This document shows positions 10,310 to 21,007 of a stretch of DNA of 64,000 nucleotides, one piece after another. Within the stretch, counting starts at the first letter, position 1, and each line of letters starts with the position of its first letter. A program made the translations under genes and the position numbers. The stretch lies in contig NC_086108.1 in assembly GCF_963921235.1 (NCBI RefSeq), forward strand, positions 76,572,001 through 76,636,000, written 5' to 3'. The DNA is from Mobula hypostoma. Taxonomy: Eukaryota. Under the pieces are notes generated by a model. The model was not told the DNA's origin, ran no database searches, and worked only from the letters and a program-made list of their open reading frames with translations.

Positions 10310-11869
10310 TCAAACCCTGCCTCCCATATAAGCCCCCACCTTAGATTCCTCCATATACCTGTCTAGTAGTCTCTTAAACTTCACTAGTGTATCTGCCTCC
10401 ACCACTGACTCAGGCAGTGCATTCCACGCACCAACCACTCTCTGAGTAAAAAACCTTCCTCTAATATCCCCCTTGAACTTCCCACCCCTTACCTTAAAGC
10501 CATGTCCTCTTGTATTGAGCAGTGGTGCCATGGGGAAGAGGCGCTGGCTATCCACTCTATCTATTCCTCTTATTATCTTGTACACCTCTATCATGACTCC
10601 TCTCATCCTCCTTCTCTCCAAAGAGTAAAGCCCTAGCTCCCTTAATCTCTGATCATAATGCATACTTTCTAAACCAGGCAGCATCCTGGTAAATCTCCTC
10701 TGTACCCTTTCCAATGCTTCCACATCCTTCCTATAGTGAGGTGACCAGAACTGGATACAATACTCCAAGTGTGGCCTAACCAGAGTTTTATAGAGCTGCA
10801 TCATTACATCGCGACTCTTAAACTCTATCTCTCGACTTATGAAAGCTAACACCCCATAAGCTTTCTTAACTACCCTATCCACCTGTGAGGCAACTTTCAG
10901 GGATCTGTGGACATGTACCCCGAGATCCCTCTGCTCCTCCACACTACCAAGTATCCTGCCATTTACTTTGTACTCTGCCTTGGAGTTTGTCCTTCCAAAG
11001 TGCACCACCTCACACTTCTCCGGGTTGAACTCCATCTGCCACTTCTCAGCCCATTTCTGCATCCTATCAATGTCTCTCTGCAATCTTTGACAATCCTCTA
11101 CACTATCTACACCACCAACCATTGTGTCGTCTGCAAACTTGCCAACCCACCCTTCTACCCCCACATCCAGGTCGTTCATAAAAATCACGAAAAGTAGAGG
11201 TCCCAGAACAGATCCTTGTGGGACACCACTAGTCACAATCCTCCAATCTGAATATACTCCCTCCACCACCACCCTCTGCCTTCTGCAGGCAAGCCAATTC
11301 TGAATCCACCTGGCCAAACTTCCCTGGATCCCATGCCTTCTAACTTTCTGAATAAGCCTACCATGTGGAGCCTTGTCAAATGCCTTATTAAAATCCATAT
11401 AGATCACATCCACTGCACTACCCTCATCTATATGCCTGGTCACCTCCTCAAAGAACTCTATCAGGCTTGTTAGACAGGATCTGCCCTTCACAAAGCCATG
11501 CTGACTGTCCCTGATCAGACCATGATTCTCTAAATGCCTATAGATCCTATCTCTAAGAATCTTTTCCAACAGCTTTCCCACCACAGACATAAGGCTCACT
11601 GGTCTATAATTACCTGGACTATCCCTACTACCTGTTTTGAAGAAGGGAACAACATTCGCCTCCCTCCAATCCTCCGGTACCATTCCCGTGGACAACGAGG
11701 ACATAAAGATCCTAGCCAGAGGCTCAACAATCTCTTCTCTCGCCTCGTGGAGCAGCCTGGGGAATATTCCGTCAGGCCCCGGGGACTTATCTGTCCTAAT
11801 GTATTTTAACAACTCCAACACCTCCTCTCCCTTAATATCAGCATGCTCCAGAACATCAACCTCACTCAT
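10310..11869 (-). pseudogene. CR1 reverse transcriptase domain, 519-codon open segment of frameshifted ORF2
   Basis: KSPGPDG, NYRPVSL, QHGF, DFNKAFD, PQGSVLGP, FADD motifs. Confidence 0.92.
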
Positions 11870-13400
11870 ATTGTCCTCACCATCATCAAGTTCCCTCTCA
11901 TTGGTGAATACCGAAGAGAGAAGTATTCATTGAGGACCTCGCTCACTTCCACAGCCTCCAGGCACATCTTCCCACCTTTATCTCTAATTGGTCCTACCTT
12001 CACTCCTGTCATCCTTTTTTCTTCACATAATTGAAGAATGCCTTGGGGTTTTCCTTTACCCTACTCGCCAAGGCCTTCTCATGTCCCCTTCTTGCTCTTC
12101 TCAGCCCCTTCTTAAGCTCCTTTCTTGCTTCCCTATTTTCCTCAATAGACCCAGCTGATCCTTGCTTCCTAAACCTCATGTGTGCTGCCTTCTTCCTCCT
12201 GACTAGATTTTCCACCTCACTTGTCACCCATGGTTCCTTCACCCTACCATTCTTTATCTTCCTCACCGGGACAAATTTATCCCTTACGTCCCGCAAGAGA
12301 TCTCTAAACATCGACCACATGTCCGTAGTACATTTTCCTGCAAAAACATCATCCCAATTCACACCCGCAAGTTCTAGCCTTATAGCCTCATAATTTGCCT
12401 TTCCCCAATTAAAAATTTTCCTGTCCTCTTTGATTCTATCCTTTTCCATGATAATTATAAAGGCCAGGGAGCGGTGGTCACTGTCCCCCAGATGCTCACC
12501 CACTGAGAGATCTGTGACCTGACCCAGTTCATTACCTAGTACTAGATCTAGTATGGCATTCACCCTGGTCGGCCTGTCCACATACTGTGACAGGAATCCA
12601 TCCTGGACACACTTAACAAATTCTGCCCCATCTAAACCCTTGGAACTAATCAAGTGCCAATCAATATTAGGGAAGTTAAAGTCACCCATGATAACAACCC
12701 TGTTATTTTTGCACCTTTCCAAAATCGGCCTCCCAATCTACTCCTCTGTATCTCTGCTGCTACCAGGGGGCCTATAGAATACCCCCAGTAAAGTAACTGC
12801 TCCCTTCCTGTTCCTGACTTCCACCCATATTGACTCAAAAAGAGGATCCTGCTACACTACCCACCCTTTCTGTAGCTGTAATCGTATCCCTGACCAGTAA
12901 TGCCATCCCTCCTCCCCTTGCCCACCCCTCTCTATCCCTTTTAAAGCACTGAAATCCAGGAATATTGAGAATCCATTCCTGCCCTGGTGCCAGCCAAGTC
13001 GCTGTAATGGCCACTACGTCATAATTCCATGTATGTATCCAAGCTCTCAGTTCATCACCTTTGTTCCTGATGCTTCTTGCATTGAGGTACACACATTTCA
13101 GCCCTTCTACCTTACTGTCTTTACACTGTTTATTCTGCTTCTCTTTCCTCAAAGCCTCTCTGTATGTTAGATCTGGCTTTACTCCATGCACTTCTTTCAC
13201 TGCTCTATCGCTCTGGGTCCCATCCCCCTCGCAAATTAGTTTAAACCCTCCCGAACCATGCTAGCAAACCTACCTGCAAGGGTATTGCTCCCCCTCGAGT
13301 TCAGGTGCAACCCATCCAATCTGTACAGGTCCCACCTTCCCCAGAAGAGATCCCAATGATCTAAAAATCTAAAACCCTGCTCCCTGCACCAACTCCTCAG

Positions 13401-13817
13401 TCACGCATTCAACCGCCATCTCCTCCAATTTTTACCATCTCTGTCACGTAGCACTGGCAGCAATCCTGAGAACGTCACCCTTGAGGTCCTGTTCTTCAGC
13501 CTTCTGCCTAATTCCCGAAACTCACACTTCAGGACCTCATCCCTCTTCCTGCCTATGTCATTGGTCCCAACATGTATCACGACTTCTGGTTGCTTTCCCT
13601 CTCGTACCAGGATGTCGTGCACCCGGTCAGAGACATCCCGGACCCTGGCACCCGGGAGGCAACAAACCATGCGGGTGTCCTGCTCATGTCCACAAAATCT
13701 CCTGTCTGCTCCCCTGACTATACAGTCTCCAATGACGACAGCTCTCCTCTTCTCCGTCCCACCCTTCTGCACCACAGGGTCAGACTCAGTGCCGGAGGCC
13801 CTGCCACCGTGGCTCAC
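13401..13817 (-). pseudogene. CR1 ORF1 SGNH-hydrolase-like segment
   Basis: GDS-like (here GDC) and GTND blocks. Confidence 0.85.
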
Positions 13818-13855
13818 ACCTGGTCGGTCGTCCCCGCCAATAGTATCCAGGACGG

Positions 13856-14400
13856 ATGAATACGCAAGTTAAACAGTTAATTTGTAAGGGGAAACAGAGA
13901 GAAATGGAGCTGCATTACATCTAAATACAGGTGCCTTAGATCAACTTATCAGAAAACGACAGTACAGACATTTACAATAAAGTGTATGCATTAATCGGGG
14001 ACTGAATACAAGAGTAAAATGGCCACAATGGCTATTCTCAAAGCTATATTGAGATTATATTTGTTACATCTGAATATACTTGGTTACCAAAGGAATAAAA
14101 TGGGGAATGGGCAATGCAAAATAGCAAAGTCACATGGCACCAGACTGACAATTGGACAGGTTATAAAGAAATGGGGAGCTTTGATTAAAGTATTCAAATA
14201 AAGGAATTGAAAAGATTGATAGATAATTTCTAGTAGCAGGTAAATCAAAGGTGAGGTCATTATAAAGACTGATAAGAACAGATTCATATAATTTTTTTCT
14301 TGCAGAATTGTTAAAATGCAGAATGCTTTATCGGAGGGGTGATCACTAACAAGTCAACTACAACATTCAAAATGATACTACATAATTACTTAAACACATA
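13856..14400 (+). mobile_element. Old CR1 3' fragment
   Basis: Decayed RT C-terminal sequence (aatcggggactgaatacaagagt..., ttttttcttgcagaattgttaaaatgcagaatgcttta). Confidence 0.6.
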
Positions 14401-15189
14401 AAAAGATATGCAAATAGCCTGAAAGTAACCTCACAAAAGTGGTTTAATTTCTGTGCAAGCCTTTTCACATATAAATATTCTGTAAATATACTGGCAAATT
14501 TCCACACACCATGCTCAAAAGGGATGTCGTGTTGTTACATTTACTACCATGAAAACTCTGGAATTAAGTATTTAAAAGATGTATGTGCGATTTTTAAAAT
14601 CATTATCAGATCAGAATGGATTGGACATCTGAAAGAGCATAGAGTAAACTAGAATGATTTGTCCCAGGAATTCAGACATCAATAGTTAATGCTAATATTG
14701 TCAGTGTACTGGAGATTTTAAAAATCAAGTGTTTTATGGCAATTCAGTTGGATTCAAATATCTCAGAACTTAAGTAATAATGGTGAGGTTATTTAAGAAC
14801 AAGGTGTTGAGTTTCTGGAGTACACAGATAAAAGAAGAAACTGCACTTTAGAATCAGAAGACAGAGTATATATCTACAGTGTATCACAAAGGAGACTGAG
14901 ACATGGCTGCCTTGAACATAGAAAAAAAAAGGAAGGTGTGTTATACCTCTTGAAGCTAAAGGTTTTGGGAATTGGTAGAGAAGAATTATTTACCCTTGTC
15001 AAAATATTAATTTACTGTGACATGTTTCCAAAGGCAAATTAGAAAACACAAGAAGCTGTCTATACACTCATACTGGATGACTAGAATTATGAGCTTTGCC
15101 CAATTTATTACAATTTTTTTTAAATGCCTGCAAGAGTCCAAATTTTGAAACAAATTACAACTTTCAAGTAAAAGTATTCTAGGCAGTTT

Positions 15190-15262
15190 CTAGAGTAGGT
15201 TGCATGGTCGGCACAACATTGTGGACCAAAGGGCCTGTAATGTGCTGTAGATTTCTATGTTC
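15190..15262 (+). mobile_element. CR1/HE1-type 3' tail
   Basis: ggtcggcacaacattgtggaccaaagggcctgtaatgtgctgta...ttctatgttc matches the tail of the 10242 element. Confidence 0.75.
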
Positions 15263-15294
15263 AATGCAACTAAAGACAATTCTCAATTGTGTTT

Positions 15295-15500
15295 CATACA
15301 CAGGAGATTATGCAAATACTGGAAATCCAAAGTAACCCACACACAGTACTGGTGGAACTCAACAGGTCACCCATACGGAGAGAAATAAAATCAACACTTT
15401 GGACTGAGACCTTTCATCAGCCTGAGGCATTGACTATTCCTCTCCATAGATGCTGCCTGACCTGCGGCGTTCCACCAGCATTTTGTGTGTGTTGCTTGAT
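15295..15500. mobile_element. Old inverted pair of Penelope-like 3' ends
   Basis: Minus-oriented copy to ~15420, then plus-oriented copy ending ...agatgctgcctgacctgcggcgttccaccagcattttgtgtgtgttgct. Confidence 0.7.
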
Positions 15501-16123
15501 ATTATTTACATTGACATACTTGATCATGGTAAAGCCTATTAAACTTTTGCCTCAAAAAATAGAATATACCTACATTCCATAAGTAAATTTAACACCGCAA
15601 TTAGAAATTTACATTTCACAAATATAAAGAACACATACTGTAAAACACAAATTAGATCATGCTTGCCACACCGCCACTTCACCTTCCAAAAAAATGACGC
15701 ATTACTTGTTTAAGCATTGATTTATTAACTTGAGCTTTAAGTTATTATAACTTTCGTTTTACAGGTAGAGACGTCACGAGGCAGAACCGAAATTTCGCAA
15801 ACGCACAATTTGCCTTCCCAGGAATATTTTGTATTGAATCAAAGCAAGGCAGAGCTTCAAAGAATGAAGCTTCAACGACAGACCGAACAAAACCATTTAT
15901 GAGAAAGGCCACTGCCTAACGGCCTCGCACCCGCTCACTTACAAAGTGCAGCTTTCAAGCACTTCTAATCGAAAGTTTATTTTTGTTGTCAGAGTTTGCA
16001 CTCTGTTGAAAGATGCAAAGCCCCCTTGTTTATCCCTTTGCCTGCCGATGCAGAAACACCATAAGTTTTCCGACAATAAACCCAAACCAGTCACTTTCAA
16101 TCATCGGCCTTGGCCTTACTCAC

Positions 16124-16303
16124 CCTACCTATCCTGCTTGGTGAACCTTTCGTTTGACACGAGTTATTATTGACACCACTACTGGCCACTCCGAACCCAA
16201 AATTTGTGCGGAAGACCGGAATGAAAACCAATAGGCTTGGAAGAGAGGCGGGCCGACTGCTCGGGAAACTGTCGTCATCAGGTTTGGTTGAGACAACAAA
16301 CAT
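16124..16303 (-). CDS. Candidate first coding exon of a divergent gene, possibly ERI3 (synteny only)
   Basis: gccgctATG at 16303, 60 open codons, then donor AGG|GTGAGT (phase 0). No recognisable protein similarity. Confidence 0.4.
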
Positions 16304-16331
16304 AGCGGCGGTTCTCCCCGGAACATGGTGG

Positions 16332-16349
16332 GATTCTGGGGGTTGTAGT
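16332..16349 (-). promoter_or_regulatory. ZNF143/THAP11-type motif
   Basis: Minus strand ACTACAACCCCCAGAATC fits ACTAYRNNNCCCR. Confidence 0.7.
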
Positions 16350-16779
16350 TTGTCGTTGCCGGGCGATCCGCCTCCCGAGGTCAGAACACTACAGCACACT
16401 TCCAACCCTTTCATCAAAAGTTCTTGACTGGGCCAAGCCGCACTATGTAGTGCCAGATAGTTTTATTGAACCAGTCCGTTAGATCATTTTTATTATTTTT
16501 AACCTGTTACCAACTTTTGTTTTACAAATGTGACGACAAACCTCAAATGACTGAGCAAGGCGTTCAGCGGCCAGTATAAATACTGCCCCGAAAATAGTTG
16601 GCGTTCTACTAATAAACCCATCATAAAAGAAAATAGTATGCAATAATAAATGGTAACATGCTATTTCACATCTTTCAATTGCGAGCGTGCGATAAGGGCA
16701 TCCCGTTTCCCACTGCTGTGATGGACTTCAGATGCCCTGCTTACTGAAGACTTCAGTGTCTTTAGTTTCTTGAGTTAAG

Positions 16780-16797
16780 GATGCTGGGAATTGTAGT
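16780..16797 (-). promoter_or_regulatory. ZNF143/THAP11-type motif
   Basis: Minus strand ACTACAATTCCCAGCATC, near consensus. Confidence 0.8.
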
Positions 16798-18741
16798 TTA
16801 ATATCATTCCATTCAACAGGCTTGCGAACACAGTGAATTGCAATGCAAGGCATTTTAGATTTGCTATCAAGTGCCGCGAATTTTCAATTAAATTTAATCT
16901 CATTGCCATTTTACAATTCTGAATTAAGTTTTGTCTATGATTAAATGTAAATTTAGATCATGTTTCATCCCTCCAACAGTAACATTAGTTAAAAGATGTG
17001 AAACCATTATCACAATATGAAATTTTTATGCGGTTATTTATGCTGTTGTAGTTCGAACTAATCCTGCCATATTATTGGCATTATCTTGTTTGGTTTTGAC
17101 TGAATCCTTTGTAGTGTCCATATTATATGGTCAGAATATACAATGTATACAGTGATGAGGTGTAAAATAATCTGGAAAAACTATATATTAAAAATACTCC
17201 TTTGCTGGTTGTAATACCGCTGATGATACAATACCGCTTCACCGATATTAACACGGATTATTTTGCATTTTCTTGCAATTGCGAGTTTGTGCGTCGATCT
17301 TTTAATTTGTTAGGGTAAATCTTAGTGAGTATTTTGTTGTAGATTGCAACATATTTGTAGTGTTAACAAGTTCTTTATCAGAGCTGTTTGGTCCGTTAAA
17401 CTGTTTACGTTCAATGGGGGGAAAAAAAGATAATTGTTAATGTTAGGTATTGATTTTGGGAGAGGGTTTCGTTGAAATGCGGGCTTATGTAGGCCGTTCA
17501 AATGGGTTGGTGTACTAATAGGTACCACAACGACTCAAGTTTATCAGTCTCGGCATGACAATATTTTACCTATGTTTTGTCCATAACTGGCTCGGGAAAC
17601 CATGTTTCTCATTGTATTTTTAGGCCCAGGAATCTTCCGATGAGCACCCTAGTCGGTACTTAGAGGGATAACTTCGATCACGAAACTTTAAAAATATGTA
17701 ACTGCGTTCTTGTTGGATACTTGCTCCCCATCCTTTCCCAATCGACATTATGAATTTTGGACCTGTTATCGTACCTTGAAGAAGCGATCCGAATATGACA
17801 TGGGAATACTACGTTCTCGAAAGACGATGGCAAGAGTTTAAAACGGAAATTTGTTAAATGATAGAAAGAAACGAAACGGTAAACAGACCTAAAGGAATGC
17901 ACGAAGGCATTCGAAAAGGCAAATCATCAAGAGAGTGAGCAGCAAGAAAATAACAAGAAACCGAGTACGCTCAAAATGTTTCGAGTAAGTGCTCTGAGTA
18001 TAGCTATGCGAAGAGATTTGGCGGATCCGGGGAAGTTGAAGAGACAAGGAAAATAAATACCGCGGCAGATGATGCCTGAACTATTGCACCCGCGGTAACG
18101 GAACCAGAACGGTTTTATGTAGGGGACGCGGGGTGTGGTGTGGGTAGGGGTGGAGGAATGTAGTGGGGGGGGCGGTAGGGAGGGAGGTGGGTTCATGAAG
18201 CAGAAAGAGATCAAGTGGAGAATCAAAAAGGCAAAAGGTCAACAGTTCCATGTAAAAAGCAGAGATACTTAAGGAAAGTAAGCAAATGATCCTAATTATA
18301 AAGCAGAAAAAGAATGTAGATGAAGAGAACACGAAAAAAAACAACGTTTAAGAGCGCAAATAAAAACTGTGGAATGATAAAATAATGAAAAGACATTCCA
18401 AAAGAAGTTTCTATTATAAAGGGCAATTGCAAAGTAAGAATTGAAAAAAAAACACTTCGGAGGATCTATGCACTTTTGTGCGTAAAAACACATTTTAGGA
18501 GTTATATATTTTCACACGCGAACAAAAGAAAGGAATAAACAAGAATTAAGCGAGTATAAAGACAGATACATACGAATAGTATCTCAAATGAAAAAGATTG
18601 AATCGATAAAGCAGAAACATGAAAAGGGAGGAAACAGAAATTACAACCAGCTAAATAATTAAGATGAGCAAAAAGAGAGACAAGGAAGAAGTCGCAAGAG
18701 AGGTAAAAGGAAGAGCAGGAGATGAAACGATGAGTGTCCGG

Positions 18742-18759
18742 ACTACAATTCCCAGATGC
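18742..18759 (+). promoter_or_regulatory. ZNF143/THAP11-type motif
   Basis: ACTACAATTCCCAGATGC, ~65 bp upstream of a strong donor. Confidence 0.8.
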
Positions 18760-18823
18760 CAGTGTGGAGCTAATGCGGCTGCGCAGTAGGCTGTTGGGAC
18801 TGCGTTGGTATATTGCTGTCCCG
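18760..18823 (+). other. RNF220: Candidate non-coding first exon of RNF220 (start approximate)
   Basis: Donor CCG|GTGAGT at 18823/18824, downstream of the ZNF143 motif and upstream of the acceptor at 20267. Confidence 0.5.
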
Positions 18824-18844
18824 GTGAGTGAGTTCTGAAATTGA

Positions 18845-18951
<107 letters not shown>

Positions 18952-20267
18952 ACTGAGCCAAGCGGCAGCAGCGGAGCAGCAGCACAACATTCCTTCTCTG
19001 ATCGGACTCGGGATAGGGATCCCTCTGTGCATGTAATCAACACCCTTCTACAACAGCAGACTTCATTCACACACACCCGGTATTCCAGACTTCCACTCCA
19101 CAGTCCATATATACTGAAGGAGAGTTTTGCCAAAAGAAATAAACCTTTTATTTTCGCGTATATATGTTCTATTATAATAAGTGAAAACATCCTTGGGAAT
19201 TAAAGTAAGTACAGTAATAAGAATGTATCTGTGATGTGTTGTCTCCAACTTTGTCCGGAAGTCATTGTTTACATACTTCACGGTCTGTGTGTGCCGGTGC
19301 GTGCACCTTGCAATTAAAAATACTGTAGTGGTTAGCCCAGACAATCCGTGTTCATTGCTTATCGCCTGAACTATTTAAACCCTTATTTAGAATAGATTGT
19401 ACCGTGATTATTAGATGTGAGAATTGTATTCATAGTGACTTACAACGTGTTTCTACATAGTTCTTGTTAATTCTATACGGCACAATCGCTTTACTTTTCG
19501 TCCTATTCTCTATTTTATTCCTTGATAATCGCTACTTAGCATCATTAAATTAGCTGTTTAATTGACCTCAGTTTCAAAGTTGCACTGAATTATAGGGCAC
19601 TGGATCTTATTAATCTTGATAGTTGTAACAAAAGTAGCAACTGGGTTTTTCTAGTGTCTTGATGTCTGACTGGAAAAGTATGAGCTGATTTAGTGCTGGT
19701 ACGTTTCGATTTTTGGCTGGAGTCCTGCTTTCTCTCCTTTTTACCAGCTCTGTCATTCGTTATTAGTTACTATTGATCGCTTCGCAAAGTGATAACTGAA
19801 CTAAAATTAATGTCAATTCTACCGCGTAAATCAATACCGTTAAGTTATTTTAATCTTTATTTTTAACCATGTGCCAAATTAAAAATCAGAAAAGTAAATA
19901 TATTTGTATGAAAAACAGTGAAGTGTTACCTTTATTTCTTTGGTGAGCAGGATTTTAAGGGCAAAGAATGCTTAATCAGTAACCACCTCCTGTGATTTCG
20001 GAGCAATAAATGCATTTTTGATCACAGGGCTATAGAGGCTCTGTTATTTGGGGTCAGTCTTTAAGCCGGTGACTTTTTGACATCAGAGTGTATTAAGTAT
20101 AGATTTTCATAATTACTGTGGTCAAATAGAACCTAATCTATACAAACGTCAGAATCCCTGTAATAGGATGCAATATATATGGGTGTGTATTTTATATATA
20201 TATATGTAAGCAAAAGGAGATGAGATTGTGTGTGCGAATATTTATTTTGTTCTCTTTATTAATATAG

Positions 20268-20379
20268 GGTCTATCAAGCTGTGGTGTTAATGATGTCACA
20301 CTGCTCTTTATAAAGCCAGCCTTGCCTGCATTTGAGAAGGTCATATATAAGTCTGGTATCAGCGAGCAAAGAGTTTCCA
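20268..20379 (+). other. RNF220: 5' UTR part of the RNF220 first coding exon
   Basis: Polypyrimidine tract and acceptor tttattttgttctctttattaatatag| ending at 20267. Confidence 0.7.
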
Positions 20380-21007
20380 ATGGACTTGCATAGAACAGCT
20401 TTCAAGATGGAGAATTCTTCCTACCTCCCTAATCCCCTAGCATCTCCAGCTTTGATGGTCCTTGCCTCCACAGCAGAGGCTAGCCGAGATGCCTCTATCT
20501 CTTGCCAGCAGCCTAGACCTTTTGGAGTACCCGTCTCAGTGGACAAAGACGTCCACATCCCCTTCACCAATGGTTCGTACACCTTTGCTTCAATGTACCA
20601 TCGTCAGGGTGGGGTGCCAGGGGCCTTCCCGAACCGAGATTTCCCCCCTCAGCTGTTGCATCTGCATCATCAATTTGCACCTCCAAACCTGGACTGTACC
20701 CCCATCAGCATGTTGAACCACAGTGGTGTTGGGGCTTTCCGGCCTTTTGCCTCCACTGAAGACAGAGACAGCTATCAGTCTGCCTTTACACCTGCCAAAA
20801 GACTAAAGAACTGCCATGAAACCGAATCCCCCCATCTGAGGTTTTCAGACTCTGAGGGCAAGGAATATGAGTTCACAGCCCAGCTCCCATCCAGTTCCCC
20901 CAGCTCTCTAAAGCTAGATGACTCTGGAAAAAAGGTCTTTGCTGTGTCAGGTCTCATCTCTGACCGAGAAAATTCTGCAAGCCCTGAAGAAAGTCGAAAC
21001 GAAAGAT
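20380..21007 (+). CDS. RNF220: E3 ubiquitin ligase RNF220, first coding exon (209 codons + 1 nt)
   Basis: MDLHRTAFKMENSSYLPNPLASPALMVLASTAEASRDAS...SAFTPAKRLKNCH...FAVSGLISDRE is nearly identical to the remembered mammalian RNF220 N-terminus; donor T|GTGAGT at 21007/21008. Confidence 0.96.

Larger units (their letters stand above)
10242..13855 (-). mobile_element. Relatively young CR1 LINE, 5'-truncated in ORF1 (SGNH esterase ORF1, APE + RT ORF2)
   Basis: ORF1 VVIGDCIVRG...CCLPGARV...HVGTNDI; ORF2 YLNARSI, MGDFNFP, LDLVL, SDH, GVPQGSVLGP, KFADDT; (TTCTATG)n tail; about three frameshifts (~12835, ~12009, ~11915). Confidence 0.95.

Noticed and set aside
16440..16453. Short palindrome gcacta-tg-tagtgc
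   Set aside because: Expected by chance at this length.
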